DNA from: a bacterium
GTDB lineage: Bacteria > Patescibacteriota > Minisyncoccia > Phycocordibacterales > Phycocordibacteraceae
DNA length: 42,533 bases
Assembly (NCBI GenBank): GCA_021794425.1
Contig: JAJYQV010000037.1
Location: forward strand, 1-42,533
Direction of reading: 5' to 3'
Every line of letters starts with the position of its first letter. The first letter of the stretch is position 1. Of this stretch, positions 22,005 through 31,970 are shown piece after piece. The position numbers and the translations under genes are program-made. The notes under the pieces are model-generated. The model worked only from the letters and a program-made list of their open reading frames with translations. It ran no database searches and was not told the DNA's origin.

Positions 22005-23158
22005 CGCACGCTCCGGTAGCCGCCGGGGACGCCGTCCTTGGAGAGGACGATCTGCCAGAGACTGAGGTCACGCGCACGGAACACGCCGGCAAACGCGAGC
22101 AGATAGTATTTCCACATGCGATAGAACCGGTCGCCCTGGTGCGCGGCATCCTCGCCGGGCGAGGCATACTTCGCGCGGAGCGCGGGCCACGCAGCGTCAA
22201 AATTAGAAAACCACGCCATGAGCGTCTTGTCATAATCGGCACCGAAGTTGTGCCAGTCTTCCATGACGAAGAGCCCTTCGACGGCTCTCCCGATCTGCGC
22301 CACCGAGGGCAGCATGCCGTTCGGGAAGATGTACTTGTCTACCCATGGATCCCCGGCGTGCACGGAGATGTTCCCGCCGATAGTGTGGAGCAGGAAGAGC
22401 CCGTCGTCCGCAAGGCAGCGGCGCGCCACCTCGAAATACTCACGATAGTTCTTGACGCCCACGTGCTCGAACATGCCGAGCGAGACGATGTGATCGAACG
22501 GCTCGTCGACGTCGCGGTAATCCTGCACGCGGATCTCGACGTGAAGCCCTGTGCAGTTCTCGCGCCCGAGCGCGGCCTGCTCTTTCGAGATGGTGATGCC
22601 GACCACCTCGGCGCCGTAGCGCTCCGCGGCGAACTTCGCGAAGCTCCCCCACCCGCAGCCGATGTCGAGCACTCGGTCCCCCGCCTTGAGGCCGATCTTG
22701 CGGCACACGAGGTCGAGCTTCTGCACTTGCGCGTCGTCGAGGTCTTTGGCCGGCGTGGTCGGCGAGCTCCAGTAGCCGCAGGTGTAGACGAGTGCGTGGT
22801 CGAGCATGGCTTCGTAGAGGTCGTTGCCGAGATCGTAGTGCGCTTCGCCCACCTGGAACGCGCGCGCTTTCGACTGCCGGTTCGTGAGCATCGTCCGCAC
22901 CAAGAACCAGGCGAGCGAGAGGTTCTTGGTGACGCGGTCCGGCAAGCGCCCGCGAATGACTTTTTCCATGAACTGGTCGACCGCCCCGGCGTCCCACCAT
23001 CCATCCATGTACGCTTCGCCTAGACCGAGCGAGCCGTGCCGCACCACGCGCGCGAAGAGCCGCTCGTCGTGCACAACGATATCCTGCGGGCGAGCGCCGC
23101 CGATCACTATATCGGCATTTTTAAGGAGAGTATCGAAAAAAGCGCGCGCAGAAGTCAT
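22001..23158 (-). CDS. cfa: Cyclopropane-fatty-acyl-phospholipid synthase-like SAM methyltransferase
   Basis: 385 aa with GEAYMDGWWD, SAM motif VLDIGCGWGSF and a C-terminal CFA-synthase-like region. Confidence 0.85.
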   Translation of the reverse strand: MTSARAFFDTLLKNADIVIGGARPQDIVVHDERLFARVVRHGSLGLGEAYMDGWWDAGAVDQFMEKVIRGRLPDRVTKNLSLAWFLVRTMLTNRQSKARAFQVGEAHYDLGNDLYEAMLDHALVYTCGYWSSPTTPAKDLDDAQVQKLDLVCRKIGLKAGDRVLDIGCGWGSFAKFAAERYGAEVVGITISKEQAALGRENCTGLHVEIRVQDYRDVDEPFDHIVSLGMFEHVGVKNYREYFEVARRCLADDGLFLLHTIGGNISVHAGDPWVDKYIFPNGMLPSVAQIGRAVEGLFVMEDWHNFGADYDKTLMAWFSNFDAAWPALRAKYASPGEDAAHQGDRFYRMWKYYLLAFAGVFRARDLSLWQIVLSKDGVPGGYRSVR

Positions 23159-23271
23159 ACTTCCCCACTATACTGCGGAAGAAAGCAGTAGGGAGACGGT
23201 CGGTCCGTGCCCTGTGGAGAATCGCAGCCTCTGCAAAACACGATCCTCGAGCGAGCGGCCGGGAGGACGTA

Positions 23272-25056
23272 TTAGCGGCGGGCTTTCGCGCGGTCGTTCT
23301 CGGTGAGGAACTGCTTACGCAGGCGCACCGACTTCGGCGTGATCTCGAGGTACTCATCCTCGCCGATGATCTCAAGGCCGCGCTCGATCGTGAGCTCATA
23401 AGGCGGAGTGAGGTAGATAGCTTCGTCGTTGCCGGAGGAACGCATATTAGAAAGTTGCTTGCCCTTGGTCGGGTTGACCATCATCTCCTCGCCTTTGCTC
23501 GTGTTGCCGATGACTTGTCCCTCATACACTTCAGTCGCCGGATGTATGTAAAGCTGACCGCGATCCTGGAGGTTCCAGAGTGAGAAACCGAGCGTCTTGC
23601 CGGTAGCCATCGAGATCATCGAGCCGACGGCGCGGCGGCGGATCTCGCCGGCGTAGGGCTCGAAGCCGACGAAGCGCGACGATAGGATGCCCTCGCCTTT
23701 CGTGTCGATGACGAACACGTTCTTGTAGCCGAGCAGCCCGCGCGTCGGACCGAGGAGCGTCAGGCGTACGGTGTTCTCATGCTGCACGAGATTCTGGAGC
23801 ACGAACGCGCGCTGGCCGAGCTTCTCGATGATCGCGCCCTGGAATTCGGTCGGGGTGTCGATGGTGACTTCCTCGAACGGCTCCTTTTTCACGCCGTCCT
23901 CCTCGCGGGTGATGACCTGCGGCTGGCTCACCTGAAGCTCGTACCCCTCGCGGCGCATGTTCTCGAGCAAGACCGCGATGTGGAGCTCTCCGCGTCCGCT
24001 CACGTGGAACGAATCAGAATTACTGAAATCGACCTTGAGACCCACGTTCACCTCAAGCTCTTTCAAAAGCCGATCGCGGATCTGGCGCGAGGTGACGAAC
24101 TTGCCTTCTTTACCGGCAAACGGCGAATTGTTCACCAGGAAATCAAGCGCGATGGTCGGCTCATCCACGGCGATGGCTGGCAAGGGCGTCGCCGACTCGT
24201 CGGTGGTGAGGGTCTCGCCGATGAAGATGTCCGGGAGGCCGGCCACCATGACGATATCGCCGGCGAGTGCCTCGGCGGCCTCGACGCGCTCAAGCCCCTT
24301 GAAGGTGAAAATCTTGGTCGTCTTGCCGGGAATCGTCTCGCCGGAGACGGTCTTCAGGAAGACTGGCTGATTCGGCTTCAGGGTGCCCTGGTACACGCGG
24401 GCGACGGCCATGCGCCCGAGGAAGTTGTCATAGGCGAGATTGAACGGCTGCGCCATCAAAGTTGCGGAAGCGTCTGCATTCTTGTTTGCCGGCGGAACCT
24501 TCTCGAGGATGAGCTCAAGAAGCGGCGTAATGTCTTTGCGTTCGTCCTCAAGATTCTTCATCGCGAAGCCGTCGCGGCCGACCGCGTAGATGACCGGGAA
24601 ATCGCATTGTTCGTCGCTCGCACCGAGCTCCATGAAGAGCTCGAGCACCTGGTCGTGCGCCTTGTGTGCATCAGCGGCAGGCTTGTCGATCTTATTGAGA
24701 ACGACGATTGGCTTGAGGCCCAGCTCGAGCGACTTCTTCAAGACGAAGCGCGTCTGCGGCATCGGCCCCTCCTGCGCGTCCACGACTAGGAGGACCGAGT
24801 CGATTGAGCGCAGCACACGCTCCACCTCGCTGCCGAAGTCGGCGTGGCCCGGCGTGTCGACGATGTTGATCTTGGTGCTTTTGTACTCGACGGCCGCGTT
24901 CTTGGCGTAGATAGTGATGCCACGCTCGCGCTCGAGCGCATTGCTGTCCATCGAGGTGCCCTCCGCAGCCGCGCCCGTCTGCTTGAGGATGGCGTCGGTG
25001 AGCGCCGTCTTCCCGTGGTCGACGTGCGCGATAATAGCGATGTTGCGTATTTCCAT
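23272..25056 (-). CDS. typA: Translational GTPase TypA/BipA
   Basis: 594 aa with [16 protein letters not shown] and NKIDK, plus EF-G-like domains. Confidence 0.93.
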   Translation of the reverse strand: MEIRNIAIIAHVDHGKTALTDAILKQTGAAAEGTSMDSNALERERGITIYAKNAAVEYKSTKINIVDTPGHADFGSEVERVLRSIDSVLLVVDAQEGPMPQTRFVLKKSLELGLKPIVVLNKIDKPAADAHKAHDQVLELFMELGASDEQCDFPVIYAVGRDGFAMKNLEDERKDITPLLELILEKVPPANKNADASATLMAQPFNLAYDNFLGRMAVARVYQGTLKPNQPVFLKTVSGETIPGKTTKIFTFKGLERVEAAEALAGDIVMVAGLPDIFIGETLTTDESATPLPAIAVDEPTIALDFLVNNSPFAGKEGKFVTSRQIRDRLLKELEVNVGLKVDFSNSDSFHVSGRGELHIAVLLENMRREGYELQVSQPQVITREEDGVKKEPFEEVTIDTPTEFQGAIIEKLGQRAFVLQNLVQHENTVRLTLLGPTRGLLGYKNVFVIDTKGEGILSSRFVGFEPYAGEIRRRAVGSMISMATGKTLGFSLWNLQDRGQLYIHPATEVYEGQVIGNTSKGEEMMVNPTKGKQLSNMRSSGNDEAIYLTPPYELTIERGLEIIGEDEYLEITPKSVRLRKQFLTENDRAKARR

Positions 25057-25243
25057 AAAATAAAATGGCCCTCCCGCACCCCAAGTTTCGCATCGACCTG
25101 TGGCCGTGCGCTTCGCGCAATTCGAAACTTAGCGTGCGAGCCCGAGGGCTAATGCATTAAATATATAACAAATAACCGCGAATGCAAGACCCTCATAAGA
25201 TAAGGCCCGCGAGCGGGCCTTATGGCAAAGTTTCTTATAGTTA

Positions 25244-25477
25244 TTATAGGATGCGCGCGGCTTCAGCGATGAGCGCAGCGAGGCTTTCCTTCGCCGACTC
25301 AGGAGCCGGGGCTAGCTGAAGCGCGGTTTTGCCATCTTCCTGGGGGTGTCGGCCTTCCCGCTCCTCCTGGCGCAGGAAAGTGCCCTTGCAGGTTTCTTGG
25401 CAGACAGCGATTCTTCCGTTGTTGAATGTCGCGATTGGCCGCGCAGTCGGTTTTTTGCAAACAGCACAGAGCTTCAT
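25244..25477 (-). CDS. Hypothetical 77-aa protein with a CxxC...C...C cluster
   Basis: Strong RBS (GGAGAAGGAGA) 7 nt upstream of the ATG. The ATAAGGCCCGC/GCGGGCCTTAT hairpin (25200-25223) lies downstream. Confidence 0.5.
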   Translation of the reverse strand: MKLCAVCKKPTARPIATFNNGRIAVCQETCKGTFLRQEEREGRHPQEDGKTALQLAPAPESAKESLAALIAEAARIL

Positions 25478-25622
25478 TTTTTTCTCCTTCTCCCGAAACC
25501 CGGGGATGGACGCGGGCGACGGTGCCCAAACAACACCTCGGGCACCCTACACCCGCGCGAGCAACGCTGCAACTCTCAGTCTAGAGCATGTCTCAAAACC
25601 CTCCCCGAGCGAGGGGTCTTAA

Positions 25623-27005
25623 CTAGAAGAGCGTCACGATAGCGGCTGCACCAGAGACGACCATGATAACGATGGTTGCCCATCCGAAAAATGACGCGAA
25701 CTTCCCGTTCGCGTGCTCGCCCATGATGCGCGTGTTGCCCGAAAGCCGCACGACGAAGTAGAGGATGATCGGCGCGATGACGCCGTTGGCGACGGCTGCG
25801 TAGATGAGCCCTTTGATCGGGTCGAGGTGCATAAACTCCGCGATGACGCCGATGATGAGCGAGATGATGATGACGCCGTAAAAGGCATGCGCCTGCTTCA
25901 GTTTGCGGTAGAGGCCATAGCGCCAACCGAAGCTTTCCGCGATGGCGTAAGCAGTCGACCCGGCGAAGACCGGAATCGCGAGCATGCCCGTGCCGACGAT
26001 GCCGAGTGCGAAGATGACGTACGCGAGCTGCCCGAACGGCTTGAGCGCGAGCGCGGCTTGGTCGGCCGTGGCGATATTCGTCACTCCGTGAGCGTAGAGC
26101 GTACCCGCGCATGCAGCGAAGATGAAGAAAGAGACGAGATTGGAGAAGGCCATGCCGCTCCACACATCGGTCTGCATGCTCTTAATAGCCTGCGGCGTCG
26201 CGTACGCTCGTCGCTTCGCGATACTGGTCTCGCCATGCAAGATGTCTTCCTCGACTTCCTGCGAGGCCTGCCAGAAAAAGAGGTAGGGCGAGATGGTCGT
26301 GCCCAGGACCGCGCAGATGAGGAATATCTGATCGCTCGAGAACGTGAGCGAGGGGACGAACGTGTGGTAGAGAACGTCCGCCCAATCGAGATGCACGACG
26401 AGCGCGACGACGACGTAGGAAAGGAGCGCGAAGGTCAGGTACTTCAGGTAGCGGGCATAGCTCGCGTAACTCACGAAGATCTGGAGCAAGAGACTCACTA
26501 CCGCGAAGAAGACCGTGAGCAGCTCGAAGTTGACGCTCGGCAACAAGAGCCGCGTAGCCGCCGCCATCGCGCCAAGGTCTGCGGCGATGTTGAGCGTGTT
26601 AGCAAAGAAGAGGAGCACGGTTGAGAGGTAGAGCGCCTTCGCCGAGAAATGCTTCTTGATGTTTGCGGCGAGCCCCTGGCCGCTCACGATCCCGATGCGC
26701 GCGCACATCTCTTGCACGACCGACATGAACGGATAGGTGAAGAGCGAAAGCCAGATGAGCTGCAAGCCATACTGCGCGCCGGCTTGCGAGTAGGTGGCGA
26801 TGCCGGACGGATCGTCGTCGGCAGCGCCGGTGGTAAGCCCGGGCCCGAGCGTCTTCCAATACCGCTCGGCACCCTTGAGCGGCTTCGCATTCACGAACGC
26901 CTGCTCCTCCTTCTCGACGAAGACGATCGTCTCCTCAAGCGCCTTCGCCGGCGCCTTGAATGCCTCCTCGACTTCCTTCTTGAGCTTCTTTTCTTTCTCG
27001 GTCAT
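25623..27005 (-). CDS. mntH: Nramp-family divalent metal transporter (MntH-like)
   Basis: GPGLTTGAADDDPSGIATYSQAGAQYG motif with about 11 TM helices. The start was trimmed to MTEKEKK. Confidence 0.85.
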   Translation of the reverse strand: MTEKEKKLKKEVEEAFKAPAKALEETIVFVEKEEQAFVNAKPLKGAERYWKTLGPGLTTGAADDDPSGIATYSQAGAQYGLQLIWLSLFTYPFMSVVQEMCARIGIVSGQGLAANIKKHFSAKALYLSTVLLFFANTLNIAADLGAMAAATRLLLPSVNFELLTVFFAVVSLLLQIFVSYASYARYLKYLTFALLSYVVVALVVHLDWADVLYHTFVPSLTFSSDQIFLICAVLGTTISPYLFFWQASQEVEEDILHGETSIAKRRAYATPQAIKSMQTDVWSGMAFSNLVSFFIFAACAGTLYAHGVTNIATADQAALALKPFGQLAYVIFALGIVGTGMLAIPVFAGSTAYAIAESFGWRYGLYRKLKQAHAFYGVIIISLIIGVIAEFMHLDPIKGLIYAAVANGVIAPIILYFVVRLSGNTRIMGEHANGKFASFFGWATIVIMVVSGAAAIVTLF

Positions 27006-27039
27006 GATGCGCCTATCATACCGCACTGACGGGCCACAA

Positions 27040-27078
27040 GCGGAAGACGCGCGCCGCGCAGCGGCGCGCGTCTTCCGC
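27040..27078 (-). terminator. Long GC-rich hairpin after the ABC-F gene
   Basis: GCGGAAGACGCGCGCCGC-gca-GCGGCGCGCGTCTTCCGC, with 18-nt perfect arms. The right arm touches the ABC-F stop codon. Confidence 0.6.
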
Positions 27079-28610
27079 TATCTCTCCAGATCGAGCACGT
27101 CGTCGATGCGGATCTGCTCGACGAAGTCGGGGACGTGGCTGACGAGGATCATCGCGCCCTCGTACTGGTCGAGCGCCTTCGCTATGACCGGCAGGTGGCG
27201 GAAGTTGATGTGGTTGGTCGGCTCGTCGAGGATGAGGAGTCCCGGCTGCTCGAGCACGAGCGAGGCGAAGGCAACGAGCCCCTTCTGCCCTTCCGAGAGG
27301 CTGCCTATCTTCGTGTATATGGTGTCGCCCGTGATGAGGAAGCTCGCGGCGACACGACGCAGGCGCTGTTCATCCGGCTGGCCCATGACCGCCTGGAGCG
27401 CGTCAAAGACGGTCGCATCGAAATCGAGCGTCGAGAAGTCCTGGCGGTAGTAGCCCACCTTCACACCCTCGGTGATGGTCGCGCCCTCGGCCGCACCCTT
27501 CGCGATGGCTTCGAGGAGCGTACTCTTGCCGATGCCGTTGGGGCCTTTCAGGAGCAGGTGATTGTTCTTGCGCAATTCGATGTTTGCCTTCTTCACCACG
27601 AGCTTGCCCTTCGTCCCGAGCACCGAGTAGCTCGTGAGCGCGAAGACGACGCCGGAGAGGTCCTCTTGCGCGGGAATGGTGAACGGCCGGATGGTCTTGT
27701 CTTCTTTGCGCACGTCGACTTTCGCCTCCTCCATCTCTTCGGCCTCGGTGCGCATCTTCTTGGCCACGAGGCGCATCTTGCCGCCCTTCTGCGCGAAGAA
27801 GTTCGCCTTGTCCTTGTTCTCCTGAATCTTCTTGGCGAGCTGCGCGTTCTTCCTATTCTCCTTCTCGATGCGGATGAGGATTTCGCGCTGCACGTCGTGA
27901 TAGTTGCCGGGGTACTGCTCGATCTTCCTCGTGAAGACGTCGAGATAAAGCACGCCGGTGGTAAAGGCGTTCAGGAAGTCTGCATCATGCGAAATGACGA
28001 CCACGGTCTTGTCATAGTCGACGAGAAACTTGGTGAGATGCTCAATGCCGGCCTTGTCGAGATTGTTCGTCGGCTCGTCGAGCAAGAGCAGGTCCGGGTC
28101 CTGAATGAGGGCCGACGCCAAGAGGAGCCGCGCCTGCTGCCCGCCCGAGAAGCTCTTCACGATGCGATCATGCAGCTTTTCATGGTGCTTGAGGTTGACC
28201 ACCTCAAGCACTTTATCGATACGCGGGTCAATGTCATAGACTGCGTGGCCCGCCGAAGCTTCAGCGTAGGAGGCGAAGAAGTCGCGCACGGTGAGCTCCA
28301 TCTTCTCGCGCGGGATCACCTGCGAGGCGAGCGCGACCTTCATGCCGTGCGCGCGGTTGATATCGCCGTCGGTCACTGCGCGCTCGCCCGTCATGAGCGA
28401 GAAGAGCGTCGACTTGCCCGCGCCGTTCTGCCCCATGACCGCCATCTTCATGCCGCGGCGCAGCGTGAAAGAAGCCTCGTCGAGGATCGGCTTGTTGTGC
28501 GACCAATTTCTCTTGCCCGTACTCGGGCTTAGAGAAATGGAAGTGTCCGTATGGACCCCGTATTCGAACGAAACCTCGTCGAAATTGATAATGCTCTCAT
28601 CCCGTGCCAT
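27078..28610 (-). CDS. ABC-F family ATPase (two ABC cassettes, no TM domain)
   Basis: GQNGAGKST / LSGGQQARLLLA / LLLDEPTNNLD in the first cassette; GPNGIGKST / LSEGQKGLVAFA / LILDEPTNHI in the second. Confidence 0.9.
   Translation of the reverse strand: MARDESIINFDEVSFEYGVHTDTSISLSPSTGKRNWSHNKPILDEASFTLRRGMKMAVMGQNGAGKSTLFSLMTGERAVTDGDINRAHGMKVALASQVIPREKMELTVRDFFASYAEASAGHAVYDIDPRIDKVLEVVNLKHHEKLHDRIVKSFSGGQQARLLLASALIQDPDLLLLDEPTNNLDKAGIEHLTKFLVDYDKTVVVISHDADFLNAFTTGVLYLDVFTRKIEQYPGNYHDVQREILIRIEKENRKNAQLAKKIQENKDKANFFAQKGGKMRLVAKKMRTEAEEMEEAKVDVRKEDKTIRPFTIPAQEDLSGVVFALTSYSVLGTKGKLVVKKANIELRKNNHLLLKGPNGIGKSTLLEAIAKGAAEGATITEGVKVGYYRQDFSTLDFDATVFDALQAVMGQPDEQRLRRVAASFLITGDTIYTKIGSLSEGQKGLVAFASLVLEQPGLLILDEPTNHINFRHLPVIAKALDQYEGAMILVSHVPDFVEQIRIDDVLDLER
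28503..28540. repeat. 38-nt hairpin element inside the ABC-F coding sequence
   Basis: CCAATTTCTCTTGCCCG-tact-CGGGCTTAGAGAAATGG has an AT-rich outer stem and a GCCCG/CGGGC inner stem. It encodes part of an extra ...ISLSPSTGKRNW... segment upstream of the first Walker A. Confidence 0.75.
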
Positions 28611-28691
28611 ATATAGGAATCACCCTACCGTATTTTGCATACAAATGAAAACCCGCGCCTATGGCGCGGGGTAAAGCGAAGTCTAAAGTTT

Positions 28692-29312
28692 TCAACTTGC
28701 ACGCAGAGCGGCTGGGTAGAAGTCGTACCAATCACCGTCGAGCCAGAATAGGACCAAACCCCAAGCGTCGCCGTTCCAGGAAAGGCCACGAACGTACAAG
28801 CAGTTATCGCGGTTGCGATACACCGTACCCCAGAAGAAAATGTGGCGAGCAAGACCACTTTCGTCTTTCTTCCAACCCTCGGGAATGAGCTCGGGGTGTG
28901 CGAGCAGGAAATCAAGCAGGTTGGCGTTGAAGACGGGCTTACCTGCGAGTACCTTACGGAGCTTATGGCCCCGGATGCCGTTCTTCTGACCCGCTACGAC
29001 AAAGCCGACTTCGACCTGGGCGGGATCGAACTTCCACAGCCCGCCCTTCTGGTGTTCGTCAATGACAGTGCCTTCTTTCTCCCACTGATTGAACGGCGCG
29101 GCGTCGAGGTCAACAATGACGTGCTCGACCTGTTTGAAGGCAGCGTAGCCCGTCAAGACGTCGTAGAGACCATCGAGAACGCATTCATTATGGCAAAGCT
29201 TATGAAAGAGTTCGGGAGTAAACTTCCTCCCATCACCCATCCGATTCATTGCCATTTCCAGTTCGTGACTTCGTGCGCCACTGATTACAAACCCGTCTTC
29301 TTTCGTCGACAT
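28692..29312 (-). CDS. Hypothetical 206-aa Trp-rich protein
   Basis: Long ORF with host-like codon usage and no motif I can place (FFWGTVYRNRDNCLYVRGLSWNGDAWGLVLFWLDGDWY). Confidence 0.55.
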   Translation of the reverse strand: MSTKEDGFVISGARSHELEMAMNRMGDGRKFTPELFHKLCHNECVLDGLYDVLTGYAAFKQVEHVIVDLDAAPFNQWEKEGTVIDEHQKGGLWKFDPAQVEVGFVVAGQKNGIRGHKLRKVLAGKPVFNANLLDFLLAHPELIPEGWKKDESGLARHIFFWGTVYRNRDNCLYVRGLSWNGDAWGLVLFWLDGDWYDFYPAALRAS

Positions 29313-29385
29313 GTTCGTTCTCCTTGCGTTTGCAACACGTTCTTGCGAACTCGTTGCGCGCTAGCGGGCCTTACCTCAGTGCGGG

Positions 29386-29440
29386 GGTTTGCCATAGCAG
29401 AAAACGGCCTACAATAAGCCCCTTTCTGCTATGGCAAACC
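29386..29440. repeat. 18-nt perfect inverted repeat in a divergent intergenic region
   Basis: GGTTTGCCATAGCAGAAA (29386-29403) and TTTCTGCTATGGCAAACC (29423-29440), with a 19-nt spacer. Confidence 0.9.
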
Positions 29441-29592
29441 GTGCAAGTTGAAGTCAAAGAACCGCGTTGTTTCTGTTATAATAGTATAGCACACTATATG
29501 TGTGATTGTCAATAGACCTCCGTAATCCACAGGTGCCCCCGGAAACCGCACTGGTACCATTCCCCTATTAGCCATCGATAGCCCGTTACCCC

Positions 29593-30213
29593 ATGGAATC
29601 AATCATTACCTCACTCAATTGGCGCGAAGCGACCAAAGCGTTCGACCCCGAGAAGAAGCTCTCCGCAGAGCAGCTCGACACGCTCCTCGAAGCAGCCCGC
29701 CTCGCGCCATCTTCCTACGGCCTCCAGCCGTGGAACTTCGTCGTCGTCACCGACCCCGAAGTGCGCGCGAAGCTGCGCGAGGCTTCGTGGGGCCAAGCGC
29801 AGGTGACCGACGCCTCGCACCTCATCGTGCTCGCCGCAAAGACCCCGAGCGATGCGCTCGTCGACGAATACATCGCCGACATCGCAGAGACGCGCGGCGT
29901 CACGACCGAGTCGCTCGACGGCTTTTCTCAGATGATGAAGGGCATGCTCGCGGGCCTCGACGAGGCCGCGCGACTCACTTGGGCCAAGAAGCAGGTCTAC
30001 CTCGCGCTCGGAGTGCTCGCCACCGCCGCGGCCGAGCTGCGTATCGACGGCTGCCCGATGGAAGGGTTCGACGCAGGCAAGTACGACGAGATCCTCGGGC
30101 TCACCGAGCTCGGTCTCTCTGCGACCGTACTCTTCCCGGTCGGCTTCCGCGCCGCCGACAACGGCATGACGAAGGTCCGCTTCCCGAAAGAGAAGCTCGT
30201 CATTGAGAAGTAG
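29593..30213 (+). CDS. NAD(P)H nitroreductase family protein
   Basis: RRATKAFD-like N-terminus (WREATKAFDPEK), APSSYGLQPWNFVVV and a C-terminal PKEKLV. Confidence 0.85.
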   Translation: MESIITSLNWREATKAFDPEKKLSAEQLDTLLEAARLAPSSYGLQPWNFVVVTDPEVRAKLREASWGQAQVTDASHLIVLAAKTPSDALVDEYIADIAETRGVTTESLDGFSQMMKGMLAGLDEAARLTWAKKQVYLALGVLATAAAELRIDGCPMEGFDAGKYDEILGLTELGLSATVLFPVGFRAADNGMTKVRFPKEKLVIEK

Positions 30214-30221
30214 GCGAGCCG

Positions 30222-30345
30222 GCGCGCGTGATGCCGTTTGCGATAGGCTGCAGACAGGGCGCGACACGTCTGCGCGGCCTTGCGGAGCCGACAAAGACGT
30301 GTCGGGGAACCCGCGCAGCCGGCAAGCAAACGGCATCACGCGCGC
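30222..30345. repeat. 124-nt nested hairpin element
   Basis: The outer 20-nt perfect arms are GCGCGCGTGATGCCGTTTGC (30222-30241) and GCAAACGGCATCACGCGCGC (30326-30345). The inner arms are CGACACGTCT (30262-71) and AGACGTGTCG (30295-304). Confidence 0.9.
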
Positions 30346-30354
30346 TACACGACC

Positions 30355-30394
30355 GGAAACGCGCGGCGGGCCCTCGGGCCCGCCGCGCGTTTCC
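30355..30394 (+). terminator. Long GC-rich hairpin, putative terminator
   Basis: GGAAACGCGCGGCGGGCCC-tcg-GGCCCGCCGCGCGTTTCC. The downstream U-tract is weak. Confidence 0.5.
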
Positions 30395-30427
30395 TATTCC
30401 GCGCGAAGGCGTGTAGAGTGCCCATAT

Positions 30428-31192
30428 ATGAAAGCCCCGAAAAAGAAGCCGGAGCAGCCCGTCGAAAGCGAGTGGCCGATGCGCCTCAACAAGTACCTCG
30501 CGAAGGATGGCGTCGCCACGCGCCGCAGAGCCGATGAGCTCATCGCCCGCGGGCAGGTGCGGGTGAACGGCGTGGTCGCGACGCTCGGCGACAAAGTGAC
30601 CGAATCTGACACCGTCGAAGTAGTCGGCAAAGCGTCACCGAAAAAGTTCCTCTACTTCGCCTACCACAAGCCCGTGGGCGTCATCACCCACTCGCCCCAA
30701 CTCGGCGAGGACGACATCAAGCTCCGCATCACCAAAAAAGGCGCGTCAGCGAGCGAAATGAGCGATGTCTTCCCCATCGGCCGGCTCGACAAAGACTCAA
30801 GCGGTCTCATCATCTTGACCAACGACGGACGCATCACCGACCGGCTCCTCTCCCCGCGCTACGAGCACGACAAAGAGTACCGCGTGCGCACGCTTGAGCC
30901 GCTCCGGCAGAGCTTCAAAAAGACGATGGAAGCGGGCGTCAACATCGAGGGCTACACGACCGCACCCTGCACCGTGCACAAGACCGGCCCCAAGAGCTTC
31001 ACCATCACGCTCACCGAGGGCAAGAAGCATCAGATCCGCCGCATGGTCGCTGCGCTCCACAACCAGGTCGTCGAGCTCAAGCGCACGCGCATCCTCAATA
31101 TCCGTCTCGAAGACCTCAAGCCCGGCACCTGGCGCCCCATCACCGGCAGCGAGCTTGCCGCTTTTCTCTCCGAAATCGGCATGAAAGACTGA
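30428..31192 (+). CDS. Pseudouridine synthase, RsuA/RluB family
   Basis: S4 domain (RLNKYLAKDGVATRRRADELIARGQVRVNG) and catalytic motif PIGRLDKDSSGLIILTNDG. The start was trimmed to MKAPKKK (ATG at 30428). Confidence 0.88.
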   Translation: MKAPKKKPEQPVESEWPMRLNKYLAKDGVATRRRADELIARGQVRVNGVVATLGDKVTESDTVEVVGKASPKKFLYFAYHKPVGVITHSPQLGEDDIKLRITKKGASASEMSDVFPIGRLDKDSSGLIILTNDGRITDRLLSPRYEHDKEYRVRTLEPLRQSFKKTMEAGVNIEGYTTAPCTVHKTGPKSFTITLTEGKKHQIRRMVAALHNQVVELKRTRILNIRLEDLKPGTWRPITGSELAAFLSEIGMKD

Positions 31193-31227
31193 CTGAAGGG
31201 AGCCGCGAGAGGCCCCCGAGCAGGGGC

Positions 31228-31256
31228 TTGACAAATTTCAATATATAGTATACATT
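31228..31256 (+). promoter_or_regulatory. Sigma70-like promoter upstream of the GNAT-like gene
   Basis: TTGACA (31228-33), 17-nt spacer, TACATT (31251-56). A GGTCGGGGCAG/CTGCCCCGACC hairpin (31272-31295) and an AGGAGG RBS follow. Confidence 0.4.
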
Positions 31257-31330
31257 TGTTTTAGGTTTGGAGGTCGGGGCAGGACTGCCCCGACCCCCTT
31301 GTGACCATTTGAAAGAAGGAGGAAGATATC

Positions 31331-31909
31331 ATGGCCCTTATTGTTGTTCGCACCGCAGAGCGCTTCGATCTCAACAAGGTCGCAGAGCTCAGAGCAGCCG
31401 CTTACGGCGCCCGCGGGTATTGCCCCCGGGAAACGGGGGCAAAAGAACAACATTTAAGTGCCCCTTCTTCTTCCATCGTCCTCGTCGCAGAGAAAAACGA
31501 CGAGATCGTTGGGACCATTTCGGTCCTGAGCGGGAAGGAAACCCCCGCTGACAAAGCATTCCCGGAAGAAATGACTGGTGTTCGTTCCGAATCGGGGCGA
31601 ATCATCAGCTACGGCTCTTTCGCCGTAAAGACGGGAATGTGGGAAGGGTCCGTCGGCCTCGCCCTCATTCGAGAGGCGTTGTCGATAACCGACACAGATG
31701 TCGGCACAGCGGCAATCATCACGAATCCGAGACATTCTTTGTTCTACAAAGCCCTCGGTTTCGAGAAAATTGTACACTGCCCCGGTGTGCCGGAGCTCCT
31801 CGGAGCCCCTGCCGACCTGATGGTCTCGCGGGGCGAATCGTTTCAAGATTTACTCAGGCGGGCCCGGACGGGGATTCCACTGTACGAAAGAAAAAGAAGG
31901 GGGTGTTAA
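31331..31909 (+). CDS. GNAT-fold acyltransferase, FeeM / N-acyl amino acid synthase-like
   Basis: 192 aa with ...IVGTISVL...GSFAV...ITNPRHSLFYKALGFEKI, reminiscent of the FeeM-type family. The RBS is AGGAGG. Confidence 0.45.
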   Translation: MALIVVRTAERFDLNKVAELRAAAYGARGYCPRETGAKEQHLSAPSSSIVLVAEKNDEIVGTISVLSGKETPADKAFPEEMTGVRSESGRIISYGSFAVKTGMWEGSVGLALIREALSITDTDVGTAAIITNPRHSLFYKALGFEKIVHCPGVPELLGAPADLMVSRGESFQDLLRRARTGIPLYERKRRGC

Positions 31910-31970
31910 ACTCCCTCACCTCAAGGCGCCGCACTCACCTGTGGCGCCTTTGTATTTCAACACCCGCTCC

